From Macrostomum hystrix (Eukaryota; Animalia; Platyhelminthes): 64,000 nt of DNA. This document shows positions 23,301 to 36,300 of this stretch, piece after piece. The DNA lies in NCBI GenBank assembly GCA_950097015.1, contig CATNEN010000001.1:8680001-8744000 (forward strand), written 5' to 3'. Position 1 is the first letter of the stretch. Each line of letters opens with the position of its first letter. The notes beneath the pieces were generated by a model. It saw only the letters and a program-made list of their open reading frames with translations, did not search any database and was not told where the DNA came from. The translations under genes were made by a program, and so were the position numbers.

Positions 23301-24915
23301 TCTCGCCGCGGAATCGAGCCCAGGGACCTTGGCGCGAGAAGCAAACGCGTTAGCCGCTCTGCCACCGACCACCGACCCCTGTGCTACTTGATGGGGATGT
23401 ATTAATTTTCTAATCATATCGAAAAAGTCGAAGCGATTTGCAACGTTTGTAGAAAAAAAATATTTCTTTTGAATTTCTCTATCGGTCTTTCAGCGTTCCA
23501 GAAATTTTAGAAGTTGGATTGTCGCATGCAAAATTCACAAGCATTCTTTCGTCACGGCAGGTTATTCAAGGCCAGACAGAAGTTTCTTGAGCTGAGCTGC
23601 ATTGTCCTTTTGTCCTTCAGCTTCTCACCTGCCTGTCACTCAATTGCTTTTGTGAGCTCAGCTACACAGAACTTACCTTCTTAAGTTCTGTGCTTGTCTC
23701 AGCTTCCTATCTGCGCCTCAAATCTTCATTTTCTAAGTTCCCTATTGTTTGCTCGTATAGTAGTGTAAAAAGAAAGTTGTAAAACAAAAAATTTAGTATT
23801 GTTGCTGTTTTTCCAAATAGAATCATCGTCAGGCGGTGTACACTCCTACTGTGCCTTGGAGGTTGGCAATAAATGGCGTAAATTGCAACTTGCTCAGGGA
23901 CGTTGGCTGAGCTTGATTCCACAAATTCCACAAATTTGTTGCACAACGGCGGAGAGAAGGCTTGGGGGCTTGTCGCTCAATTTATGCCCATTTACACACA
24001 TGTGACCGCGTGCGTACAGTATCTGTGTGCGTTTTTTGCTGAGGAGTAAGCGAAATGGGCAGAGTTGCCTCTTGGCTATGGCTGCGGGTCTACTGTCACC
24101 AAATGATGTGAGATTGCCCGCAGCGCTCCTACAATTATTATTATTATTATATTATTATTATGGACCTTGGTGGAGTGACAGGCAAACGCGTTAGACCGCT
24201 TTGCCACTGAGCCCCTTCCAAGCCTCCAAAACGTAGGGTTGAATTTTTGTGACTTCTTTTTTATTGTTCAATTATTTTGTTCACCTTTTAGGACGTCCGG
24301 GCGAGGCTGGATGCAATGGCACTGCCTCTCAGGGTGGCGGCCGGGTTTGTGACGCTGATAATTTTCGTACTTTTGAACTACGATCAGCTGGTTCTATTAT
24401 CGCAGTTCATTTTATTTATAACAGCGGCATTACTCATTTCGAAGTCTCCCATTCCATCGTAGGAAGGTAGAGGTGGCACGAATGGATATCCGGGCATCAG
24501 ATCTTCAGGCAGTGCATCATCAGATCATTACGAAGGTGGCTGCGGCGCCGGCTGGCTTGGCAAAGCACCGATAAACCCGCAGAGCTATGATGGCGGCGGC
24601 GGTGGCGGCGGTGGCGGCAGTCGAAATGAGAGCTGGGCTGGCGGTCGTTCAGGAGTTTCTGAAAGCCCGGCGGCCGATGGTGGCTTCGGTGGTGGTGGAG
24701 GCGCTGGAAACGGAGAATCGGACGAATACGGAGCAGCTGGGGCTGGCGGCGGCTACAGCGGTGGCGGTGCCGGACAATCGGGTCCCAGCAGCGGCGGCGG
24801 CGGCGGCTCTTACTGCGGAGGCAGCGGCTGCCTTGCCGTAACTGGAGGCAACATGAGAGGACTTCATGGATCTGTGGAGCTGCGTTTGACTGCAGCTTTT
24901 TCTACCTGCACCTAG
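20325..24915 (+). CDS. Secreted PAN/Apple-like + ALK/LTK-type glycine-rich protein A (402 aa)
   Basis: Exons 20325-20391 (signal peptide), 21837-22151 (CLMLCRLKLCSAVVFWNSSALC), 22593-22913 (GCYRIEITGAMGG...LSIVVGQAG...GGGGGSFVY...[10 protein letters not shown]), 24292-24344 and 24463-24915. All GT-AG and in frame. Confidence 0.85.
23011..23370 (-). mobile_element. tRNA-derived SINE (main family, ~350 bp, (TTA)n tail); representative near-full copy
   Basis: A box TGGCAGAGCGG, B-box-like GCTCGATTCC and a (TTA)n tail. Other copies or fragments at ~19810-19900, 23825-23890, 23945-24160, 24990-25300, 25340-25430, 30225-30450, 48205-48290, 49215-49535, 50620-50825, 52590-52950, 54912-55190, 59295-59520 and 59800-60020. 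Confidence 0.85.
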
Positions 24916-25934
24916 CTCATGGGCTGCTGTGCGAGTATCTGAAGGCAAGCTTCTTAATAGAAAGGTTGTGCTACCTTGTGCATGGTGGTGAGTGGGGAGA
25001 GCGGTCTAACCCGTCTACATCTCGCGCCAAGGTCCCTGGGCTCGATTCCATGGCGAGGCCACATTCATTTGCGGCGCAGCCGCGGAGAGAAGGCTTGGTG
25101 CTTATTGTGCTATTTACGCCCTTGAGGGCCTACATCCAAGGCACAGTGAAATGTACACTGCCCAACGATGAGAAAGTCATCACCATACGGTAATCTACGT
25201 GCGTTTATGCTCAGGAGTCTTTGAAATGAGCAGAATTGCCTGGCTGCAGGTCTAGTGTCGCCAAATGATGTGCAGTTGCCTGAAGCCCTACTGCAAATAT
25301 TTTTAGCTTTGTCCTGAAATTTTCGCCCTTGAAGACTAACCTTGACGATGAGAAAGTCAGGGCAGATGTGTACGCACCTTTGTGAGTGGGTGCATACGTA
25401 ATGGGCAGAATTACCTCCTTGTTGCTAGCGGTTGCTCACAGCACAGGACGTATTTAACCAAGTTAAACCAGCTGGGTAAACTGAAGCACTAGGGAATTAA
25501 GGACCTTACTTAGGGACCTACTTTACGCTCGTACCGTGCTTAAGTTTGAAGCTCTTTTAAGTTTAAGTTAATTTAAATACTCGAATAAATATTGATTTTC
25601 AGAAAATCTGACATTTTGAAACGCCCAAGAGCGACAATCGCAAATAGAGCTATCTACAACATATGAAGAAGTCTGACGAGTAAAACATTTTTTTCTATAA
25701 AGTCTATCTTATTTATCACAAATGCGTCATTAAAAGCTCTAATTCAAAGAGCAAGATCGTGAAATTTTAAGCAAATAAATAGATAAAAAGTTTTCAAGTG
25801 TCAGTACAGTTTTTTGAAAACAGCCAACTTAAATGTCTATTGCATTATCTAGTACAGCATAAATGAGAGTCGTAGTTGCCTTACGAATGATTTTACGATT
25901 TTTATTTCCAAATTTGTGAGTACATTGGCTCAAC

Positions 25935-25969
25935 CACAGATACTATAAACACTGTTTATAGTATCTGTG
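25935..25969. mobile_element. 35-bp palindromic remnant of the CACAG P-type element between 8-bp TSDs (probable excision footprint)
   Basis: GGCTCAAC-CACAGATACTATAAACA-C-TGTTTATAGTATCTGTG-GGCTCAAC. The arms are identical to the outer TIR of the 18307-19275 element. Confidence 0.85.
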
Positions 25970-26100
25970 GGCTCAACCAATCATTGCCAGAGACACCTTC
26001 AAGCGTTTAGGCTTGCTTGTTGTGGTTGCTCTATGCTGATTGGCTGGGCGCGGGAGGACGATGGGGATGACGGGCAAAATGCCAAAAGTTTTAGCATTCC

Positions 26101-26515
26101 TCCGTGTCTAATCTCTCCCGTGTCTCATGTCTCCCGTGTCTCATCTCTACCGTGTGTCATCCCTACCGCGTATCATCTCGACCGTGTGTCATCTCGACCG
26201 TATGTCATCTCTACCGTGTGTCATCTCTACCGTGTGTCATCTCTACCGCGTGTCATCTCTACCGCGTGTCATCTCTACCGCGTGTCATCTCGACCGTGTG
26301 TCATCTCTACCGTATTTCATCTCTACCGTGTGTCATCTCTACCGTATGTCATCTCTACCGCGTGTCATCTCTACCGCGTGTCATCTCGACCGTGTGTCAT
26401 CTCTACCGTATTTCATCTCTACCGTGTGTCATCTCTACCGTGTGTCATCTCTACCGCGTGTCATCTCTACCGCGTGTCATCTCTACCGCGTGTCATCTCT
26501 ACCGTGTGTCATCTC
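26101..26515. repeat. Minisatellite, 16-bp unit (TCATCTCTACCGTGTG)
   Basis: Direct tandem repeats with minor variants. Confidence 0.95.
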
Positions 26516-26720
26516 AACAACCGTGAACAGCCCTGGTGACTGCCCTGATGTACCTGCGGTTGAGTCCAAGCAAGGGCTTTGCGGAGGGCAGTAGACGGAC
26601 AAGGAACAGCAGCGCGAGACTGCCGACAATCGGCAGTGTTGATCCACCTGTCCTTGTGCTTCGAGGCCACCCACTGGTTAATCCAAGAGGTGACGACGGC
26701 GATTGGGCCAAAAAGGGCCA
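26514..26720 (-). mobile_element. Diverged LOA/R1-type LINE ORF2 fragment (post-RNase H region)
   Basis: [55 protein letters not shown] aligns with [57 protein letters not shown] of ORF 42512-46216. Confidence 0.8.
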
Positions 26721-26726
26721 AAAAGC

Positions 26727-27185
26727 TTCATCTCTCCTCTGCCTCATCTCTCCTCTGCCTCATCTCTCCTCTGCCTCATCTCTCCTCTGCCTCATCTCTC
26801 CTCTGCCTCATCTCTCCTCTGCCTCATCTCTCCTCTGCCTCATCTCTCCTCTGCCTCATCTCTCCTCTGCCTCATCTCTCCTCTGCCTCATCTCTCCTCT
26901 GCCTCATCTCTCCTCTGCCTCATCTCTCCTCTGCCTCATCTCTCCTCTGCCTCATCTCTCCTCTGCCTCATCTCTCCTCTGCCTCATCTCTCCTCTGCCT
27001 CATCTCTCCTCTGCCTCATCTCTCCTCTGCCTCATCTCTCCTCTGCCTCATCTCTCCTCTGCCTCATCTCTCCTCTGCCTCATCTCTCCTCTGCCTCATC
27101 TCTCCTCTGCCTCATCTCTCCTCTGCCTCATCTCTCCTCTGCCTCATCTCTCCTCTGCCTCATCTCTCATCTACCTCATCTCTCT
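26727..27185. repeat. Minisatellite, near-perfect 16-bp unit (CTCATCTCTCCTCTGC)
   Basis: About 28 homogeneous tandem copies. Confidence 0.95.
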
Positions 27186-27909
27186 CTACTCCATCTTTCC
27201 CGTCTTATCTTTCCCGTCTCATCTCGTTTCTTATGTTATCTCTGCAACATATTTTAGTCTGTTTTGTTTGCCCCGCAAGGAAATAAAATGTTTTTAAATG
27301 CTATTTAATGTTTTATCACAGAACAGAGAAGACTTTGATGATGAAGACAAGTGGTGAGGCGACCCTACCTTCCCATATCTGGCATCTCGTTCTCGCAACT
27401 TCCGCCCTCCATAGAGGCAGATAGACTTTCAGGTTTACGTATTTGTAGGCTGTCACATGTTTTTTTATATTTCCGACTGGATCGCGAATTTAAAATTATC
27501 AGGCACTGGTTGGTATGAAGGATAGTTAAAAGTACACTTTTTGACGCAGCAAGAGAGCTCTCTTCTCATTGTCTTACATGCCTAGAAGTACTATAATTTT
27601 ACAAGCTGGCATGATTGGTGTCTCCAAGAGGCGATGAACCTTTACATTGCGAGAAACAATGACTAAAATTCTAAGCTTTACGATGCTGGAACTATTTAAA
27701 AAGCATTGATAATTCAAAGAAGACGACAGCGAAACAAAAAAACACGGCTATTGTCAGAATAAGTTTGCTGCCTGCAGCCGCCAGATGTAGTTGCTAAGCA
27801 ACCTTGGAGGCCACCCTCACTCCCGGAGCATTAGCTCAAAGACTTGACTCACGCCAGTTCTTGCATGAAGCTTTCAAACCAAGAAAAATTCCCTGGGCAG
27901 AATTTTATC

Positions 27910-30900
27910 ATGGATTGGAACATCATTTTCCAGTTAATCGCTGCTGTCTTCAACTACATTAGCGTCGTCAGTGTAGAAGGTGAGTTCTCATGCAGGCTTG
28001 ATGCTTTATAAGGGTTCGGCAGCGCGAATCGCGACTTTAAAAAATCTAATAATACAAATTTGTAGGTTTAGACTATTAAGTTGAGCCAGCGCAAATACAC
28101 TTGTTCAAACTGCAACTTTGACTTTAGGACACCTACTGTATTCTCTTTGTCTTCTCCATGATACAAATTTAATACAAATAAATAAGGAAACCACAGAGCC
28201 CAGGCTCCGAGCAAAAGCTTGCTTGCTTGACGTTAAGAGACGCTGAGAAGAAATACCTAGTCATTACAGACGTGCTCTTTTTATGTATAAGAATCTTTTA
28301 TGTACGAACGAGAAGTTAAAAAATATTCTTTTTAATGAATCACTTTTCATGTACAGGCTAATTAGACCCTTTCATGTATTAGACACTGTAGAGATCACAG
28401 GGGGGTAATTAAAATACCTACTTTTTCATTTTGTCACCAGGGTCTGTTATCTCGACAATGCTAACTGGTACGCTTTTTTAGTTCATGGTACAGGGCGGGA
28501 AATTTGATTCAGCTGTGGTGGACTTTTACGAAAATCGGTCATTTGATTTGGTAGCTAGGCAGTGCGTATTTGAAATACCCCGTGGTCCAGGGGAAAAGTT
28601 AGCGTGTTCTTTCTACTGTTAAAACCCCACATAGGAGGTTTAAACTGCTGGTGTTACTATGTATTTTAAAGCGTCTGCTATAATTTTAGGCGCCTGTGAT
28701 TCAACTCGGTACATACAGCACAGAGGAGTGATGTACATCAATTCCTCAGTCACAAGCGAGGTTTTCAACGTCAGCGACGTGACAACAGTGTCGAAGTGCC
28801 TGATGCACTGTCGGATGAGGAGCTGCACTGTTCTTGTCTTCTGGAATAGTAGCAGCCTATGCCAGGTTGTTCTAGTGTCCAACACTCCAGGAACGCTTGG
28901 AAGGTTGGTTGGATCCGAATCTGGCTCATTGGTCCTAAAACTGGAGGGCTTCGTCAATTTCACGAAGCATAATCTGACGTCTAATTTGAGCACTGCAACT
29001 TTTAACCGAGACTTCACAAGTGAGTTCTATTGCCTCTTAAGGTATTCGCGATAAATAGATTAAGTTAAGTGACAGTAGTGTCAGGGACAACTAAAACCCT
29101 CGGGACGCGAAACGAGCCAATTCATGGCAAAGAATCTGAGGGGCTCGCTTAAAAGTATTGTTCTATGGCTTTTTCAAGTCTTCTCTGCTATCAGGCATTA
29201 ACGGTTAGATTAAATAGTAAAGCGAGGCAATGTCGAGTATTTAATTTAAATAATAGGAACCAGTGATATACGAGCGTAGTTACAATGTATTTACAATAAA
29301 GTAACCGCCATATCAACAAAAAAACTCCAACGGCAAGAAGATAAAGGATGAAAGCGAAGATGAAACTCCAACGGCAAGAAAATAGAAGCAAATACGGAAC
29401 TCCAAGGACAAGACGACACAAACAGTCAGTAGCTCGTACATAAAGGAAACGCTGGAACTTCACCTACTGAGCATCTAACTTCCGAAGCTTTCTATCATGG
29501 GATGTCGTCGGTATTGGTGGGAGTTTTAACGAGCGTCTTACTAGTCCTTTGAAAAAAAAGTTGGCTAGCCGACGGGACACACTGTCCATGCTGATCTGTG
29601 TCTTAGTTGGAAAGTAAAATTCCTTAATAACATAAAACAGCTTCTGCACGCGAGTTGCGCACGTAGGAGAGTGCAGAATAAAACTGCTGTAGCAGAGACA
29701 GGATAAGTCTAATGCTTTACGCACACGCCCATGCTGTCAGTCACTCTCTAAAAGAATAAATTTTGGGTTTCAAGTGGTTTGGACGAGACTGGCATGCAGA
29801 ATTGAAGCGGAATTATGCAGCAGTAATGACAGCAAATGATCTGGTTTCTTACCTGGAGAATATTTGGCAGCGCCTTTCTCCATCGCTCTCGCTCCTGTGG
29901 ATCTCTGGGAAACGCAAATATCCGTGCTCGAACGGCTTCAGAGTTGTAACTTGACGAGCACGGAAATACGCTGCACTTTCTTGGCATTTCATCAAGTGAA
30001 TAAAAAATGCTTCTCTTGATATAGTTCAGCTTAGCTTCACTGCTGGCCGCAGCTAAAGCAATTTTTATTTGCTTGATAGCAGAGAAGACTCGAAAAAGCC
30101 ATAGAACAATACTTTTAAGCGAGCCCCTCAGATTTCTTGCCATGAATTGGCTCGTTTCGCGTCCCGAGGGCTTTAGTTGTCCCTGAGTAGTGTAGATAAA
30201 AATAGTTTTAACAGATTTGGCAATGACATCATTTGGTGACAGTAGACCCGCAGCCAGCGAGGAGGCAATTCTACCCATTCAATTCGCTGACTCCTGAGCA
30301 CACACGCACACAGATACTGTACGCAGGCACACACTCACAATCATCGTCAGGCAGTGTACTCTCTCTCTATGCCCACAAGGGCGTAAATTGCACGACAAGG
30401 CCCCAAGCCTTCTCTCCGTGGCTACGCCCCAAATAAATGTGGCCTCGCCGTCAATGTGGCCTCGAACACAGTTGCGCCTGAACTGCCGAACTTGGAAAAC
30501 TGTGTTTCTGTATTTCACAGAATTGTTTTGATAACACAGCCGCTATTATATAAAATTACAGACACAAACATCGGACGGAATGGGACGATTCAGCAAGTAG
30601 TCCTTCCATTTTCCGGATGCTATCACATTGAAGTGGCGGGTGCGAAAGGTGGCGACAATACGGTTGTCAGTGGGTCGCAACGAGGTGGCAGAGGAGCTCA
30701 GATTTCAGGAAAATTTTTCTTGCCTGAAAACACCCTCTTGCTCATTGTTGTTGGCCAAGCTGGTGGTGTTGCTGAAGCCTGCAACAAGTGCAGCGCCGGT
30801 GGTGGCGGCGGGAGTTTTGTGTACACAGCAGCCGACAACCAGCTCCTGATAGCGGCTGGAGGTGGCGGTGGAGCTTCATATGACAACAACGGTGCGTTAA

Positions 30901-32396
30901 CGAGAGTTTGCACTCTTAATACATCAAGAATTTCTATTAAAAAAGTCTCTTTCAAAGAAGACTATTCTTAATTATTCTTAATCACTAGTGGCCTGTTGTT
31001 CGACTGCGAAATGGGTATCAGCATTAGCTGGGATTAGATATTGGGTGGGCCAGGTATGGTTTCAATATTGTCTATCAATTTATTTTAGCTGAGACACAAC
31101 TACTAAAAGTTTTTTGATACTTTAGGATTTTCTTGGAAATGTCGATTTGATGTGTGATAACGTCATAACGTTAGCGCACTGACCTATCTAATTTAGGCTT
31201 TATTTTTTAACGGTACTCCTACTCATGAGATAGCATAAGCCTTTGAATCAGGGCGTGGGAGGACAGTGGGATTACTGGCTTGGGAGTTTGATCCTACTTT
31301 CGTACTTCCTGTCTCATCTCTCCCGTGTCTCATCTCTCGCCTGTCTAATCTCACCCGTGTCTCATCTCTCCCGTGTCTCATCTCTCCCGTGTCTCATCTC
31401 TACCGTGTCTCATCTCTCCCGTGTCTCATCTCTCCCGTGTCTCATCTCTCCTGTGTCTCATCTCTCCCGTGTCTCATCTCTCCCAGTCTCATCTCTCCCG
31501 TGTCTCATCTCTCCTGTGTCTAATCTCTACCGTGTCTAATCTCTCCCGTGTCTCATCTCTACCGTGTCTAATCTCTCCCGTGTCTCCTCTCTCCTGTGTC
31601 TCATCTCTCCCGTGTCTCATCTCTACCATGTCTCATCTCTCCTGTCTCATCTCACCTGTGTCTCATCTCTTCCTTATCAATTATCTCTCCCGTGTCTCAT
31701 CTCTCCTGTGTAATTATTTAATGACAGTTTAAATTAATTTAATTAATTTTTTAAACTGCAGAACTTTGCCACTGATCGTATTTCTAGGCTCACCAGGTCA
31801 GGCTGAAACAAGCGGTACAAACTCTTATGGCGGAGGCGACGTACGTTGAGAAATTGCGACCAAAATTACACACTAGAATACAATGCACTAAGCCCAAATT
31901 CTGTCAGTATGCTACAATGAATCTTTATTTCGAAACATACTAGGACACAATGATCGGTCTAGGAGGCGTGGGCGGACAGCCAGGTTTGAACAATCCCGCC
32001 AACACGCGTTCAGACAAGAACCACGGCGGCTGTGGCGCCGGCTGGCTCGGCAAGCCTATCAATGCCAGACGAAGCGCGAACGACGGCGATAGGGGCGGCA
32101 GCCGATCTGAGGATTGGCTCGGTGGCAAGTCTGGTGGCAGCGGCAATCCAGCGGACGGCGGCTTCGGCGGCGGCGGCGGTGCCGCATCCGGAACCAACAA
32201 TAACGGAGCTGCCGGGGCTGGCGGCGGATACAGTGGAGGCGGCGCCGGGCTCGATGGGAATCATCGTGGAGGCGGCGGCGGCTCCTTCTGCAACGCCAGC
32301 AGTAGCTGTCAGGCTAGCTCTGGCGGCAATTCCGGTCGAGATCAAGGCTTCGTCTCGATACATCTGCTTAATTCGCTTGCTTTCAGTTGCGTCTGA
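27910..32396 (+). CDS. Secreted PAN/Apple-like + ALK/LTK-type glycine-rich protein B (411 aa)
   Basis: Exons 27910-27979, 28690-29019, 30562-30891, 31788-31840 and 31944-32396, with the same phases and 53-nt fourth exon as gene A. Confidence 0.85.
29082..30185 (-). mobile_element. Non-autonomous P-type transposon carrying a THAP zinc-finger remnant, in intron 2 of gene B
   Basis: ~110-bp TIRs (CAGGGACAACTAAA...) and 8-bp TSD AGTAGTGT (29074-29081, 30186-30193). From ATG 29987: MPRKCSVFPC...FAFPRDPQERERWRKALPN, spliced to RVTDSMGVCVKH* (C2CH THAP signature followed by a stop). Confidence 0.85.
31310..31710. repeat. Minisatellite, 16-bp unit (GTCTCATCTCTCCCGT)
   Basis: Tandem repeats in intron 3 of gene B. 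Confidence 0.9.
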
Positions 32397-33335
32397 ACTG
32401 CCGAACTTGGAAAAGCGAATATTTTCTAAAGAGCTATTAGCTCGAATATTTAGCCACTGCTAAATATCGAACACACCCAGCTGTAGTGTAGGAAGAATCG
32501 AAGAATGAATGTGACTGCACCTAAAGTCCTGACGCCACAGATTGTTATACTTTAAGTACTAAAATACTAGTAGGTACATTAATATTTTTCCTTGACTTAA
32601 CTCCTCTTTTTTAAGCGTCTATGAACGTTTTGCTCTAAATCGACATGCACAAATGGTACAAAAATCTGCTCTATAGAAAGCTGAAAATTTACCTGCAAAG
32701 TTTTATTACATTCTTTTAAACATATATCCTTATCACTATCCTTATCCTTTTATTATTATTTCAATTTTTTCATTACTTTATTTTTTGTATCGTTGCGCAA
32801 AATTTAGTCACATCAAAATGCGTGAAACGATGCTATTGCTATAAATTTTTATGACGAATGTTAATTTTCTTCGATACACCCCAACTTGCCAGCCGACGTT
32901 TGCCCGCTGGACTTCTGTTATGTTTGGCACATTTTGCGATTAAAGTTAAGGTTATTTAATACTTTAAAGTGCGTGCATCGTGAATACAATATAGAATTAT
33001 ATATATATTATTTATTTTTTCATGTAGTCCTGATGTAATCAACTACGTGACTTCAAGCAGTCACGTAAAAAAATTTGCCTTCGTCTTTTCTGCCTCTTTA
33101 AGTCGTTGATCGAATCACTAGAGGCACCTGGGAGGGGAGAGAACAGGAGAGACGACGGGAAACAGGGAAAGGAAAGATGGGCAAATGGGAGGTCAAACTC
33201 CGACAGGGTGCTAAATGAGAAAAAAGAGGAAAAATAACAGGAAACTGGGCAAGGTGAGCAACAAGGGAGATTGTGGGTAGCGGGCCAACGTAGATTTCAG
33301 TTTAAAACATTGACTAGAACAAGTTTCATAGCGAC

Positions 33336-36300
33336 TTAGCCGCTGCAGGTGGCTGCAATCAGACGCAGCAGAACGTAGCCATGGTCAAAGCCAGTGTTGC
33401 CGCCAGTGGTGGCCAAGCAGCCGCTGCCACCGCAGTAGGACCCGCCGCCACCTCCAACGTGATTGCCGTAGCGACCAGCCCCGCCGCCACTGAAGCCGCC
33501 TCCGGCACCCGCTGCTCCGTCCCGGGAAGTGCTGTACGCGCCGCCACCGCCGCCTCCAAAGCCACCTTTGGCTGATCCTCCACTTCCTGCTTGGCCTCCG
33601 AGCCATTTCTCGGCACGGCTCCCGCCACCGCTTCCATCATAGCTTTGGGGGCCAGGTGCGGCTTTGCCCAGCCAGCCAGCGCCGCAGCCGCCATACCAGC
33701 TCGACAACACGATGTTATTTTGGCGTCCGGGATTTCCACCGGTGCCTCCAATGCCAATGACGGATGAAGACTAGAAATTAACAAATGGGATTATAGAACA
33801 CTGCTAGCTTTGAGTAGAACTAGAAAATTATTTTAAGGATCCCTGTGTGCAAAAGGGCGAGAAACGAAGAGCGTACGTTTTGGAAAAAGCAAGTTTTTGC
33901 CGAAAATACTACACGGACTTTTCCAATTTTTTCCAAATAAATTGTGTTCCTTTTTTATTGCATGCGGCACAAAGGCTTTTCTTTTGATAATAACTACCTT
34001 ATTTATAGCTTCATTCATTTCTGTCAAGCCAATTTTTGTGCAAACATCGATTTTATATTACGTATTTTGTATTTTGTCTCGTATTTTGTAGCCTACATGC
34101 CTTTCACTGCATTAAGCTCCTGAAACCGCTCAGAATATAGCTTTTTGTTGTCTCTATTCTTTAATAAAATTTTTATCTTATTCATTAATATCAGCTTTAA
34201 AAAAACTTCTTTTTTCTGTAAATTGCTCATTCCTAATTGTCACTGGATTGGTACCATATGGGCATAAACATTTTCAGCAATGAAGCCTCGCAAAATTCAT
34301 TGGAGCAATACTTTAGGTAGGTTGTATCAATAGAAAAGGATCGCCATTTCAATGTAAAAATGATAATTTCATGTCTGCGTGGTGTATTTTTCCGCCAAAA
34401 ATCCAGCCTCCTTAACTTTTTCTAAGAAACTGAGTTTCCCAATATTCTACTCCTAGTAGCTTGTGACAAAACTATAATTATTATTATGCCAATCAGGCAG
34501 GCGTACCGAGCCTCCGCCCTGGGAGTCGGAACCGGCGCTGCCAGCCTCTCCGGGACGTCCTGAAACGATCAGTGTTTTCATCCACTCATGAAAAACATGC
34601 GTTTTTCGAAATTATTGTTCTCCGACAGTTTTATTAGTTTTCCCACAATTCCAAGCATGCCACAAGCTACCACATAGCTGGCCATTATAATATTACGCTT
34701 TACAGCAAGGACTACTCAAGTTGACTACTCAAGTAGCTAACTACTAGTGGTCATTGTTTTTTAAGTCTGTCAACACAGATACTACAGCTCGTAAGTTCCA
34801 TACTGAATTTCAGAACCCGTACCCATTTTATGGAGCAATAGGAATTTTGATCAATTTTCTAGCTCAAGAGGCACATTGCTCCCCATGGGCTGATTCGAGC
34901 TCACAGAATTCTCAAGGTCAAATCAATTAGTTACAATTTTCCTTAATACTCGTAGTAGAAAAACCACGGGGTATTTCAAATAACCCACAATTTTTTCTGG
35001 ATCTTCAAACAGGTTCGAACAATCACCATGAAAATCCAGAACACGGGCTGAAATTTTACGCTCTATCCTATGAAACAACGTACAGAATTACGAAACATCG
35101 GCATGGTCGAGATTTTTAGCTAAATTTCCTCATGTAACCATGTCGGCTATTGTTCTTGACTACGAGGGTCATCCCAAAAGTTACCCCAAAAGTAGCATTC
35201 GCTGGCTTGAATTGTGTGCTCCCAGCGGGTTGGCAGCTTCTGGATGCCATCGGCAGCTCCTGAAGTGCACAGAGCTCTTTCGCAATGTGGCCGACCTCCT
35301 TGAACATGTCATCTAGGCAGTGGTAGCGGCGCCCTCGGAGCTGGTTCTTGAGTTTCGGGAAGAGATCAAAGTCGCATGGACTGAGGTCAGGTGAATAAGG
35401 TGGATGAGGCAGCACTTCCCACTGGTAGCCCCTCAGAAGGTCCTGCACAATGCGCCCTGTGTGCGAACTGGCATTGTCGTGCAGAAGAAGAGGACCCAGT
35501 GCCATTGTGTGTGGGCGCTTCTTGCGCACGGCTGGCCGAAGACGGTTCATGATAAAATTGCGATAATATTGTTGGCTGATGTTTTGCCCTCAGGAACACG
35601 GTGGATAAGAATGATGCCGAACATGTCGTAACATGCTCCTTTGCAGCGCCGCAGAACGAATGGCCTTGATGCTCCAGCAGTGGTGCTCGATTGCCACTCC
35701 GAGTTCTGGCTCTTGAGGTTTGGCTCATACGAACAGGCTCAGGTCTCGTCAAGAGTCACAATCTCTGCCGCGCTGTTGCGATTCTTCTGGCCTTGTGCTC
35801 TTCTGTGAGATGGTGCGGCACCCACCTGGCTGTGACCTTCCGAAGTCCAAGGTATTGCGTGAGGATCCGATGTATGCTTTATGAGGGAATGCCGGACAGC
35901 TCAGCCATTTCTCAACATGTCCAGCGGCGATCAATGTCTAGCAGACCTTGGATTGATTCCACATTCGAGTCTGAGCGCGCTTCCTTTGGTCTTCCAGAGT
36001 GCGGATCGTCTTCAATGTCAGAGCGCCCATTCTCAAACCGATTATACCAGTCATACACGGCCCGCTGACTGTGTAAGCGCACTGTTCCGAATTCGACTTT
36101 ATCTGAGTGATTTTAGTTACCTTGTCACCAGGGTCTTCGTCAAGAATCGCCTGTAACTTTCTCCTGTAACTCACCATTTTGACGAAAAGACGCCCCACCA
36201 CCACCGCCAGCCGCCATCAGCAACTGATTGTCCGCAGTCCGGTACACGAAGCTGCCTCCGCCACCACCGGCTCCGCTGTTCGATCTCGAAGCCGGACCAC

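Noticed and set aside
25967-27297. Long Cys/Ser/Leu-rich ORFs here and at 31243-31732 and 61957-62491
   Set aside because: They are stop-free translations of minisatellites, open in all three frames.
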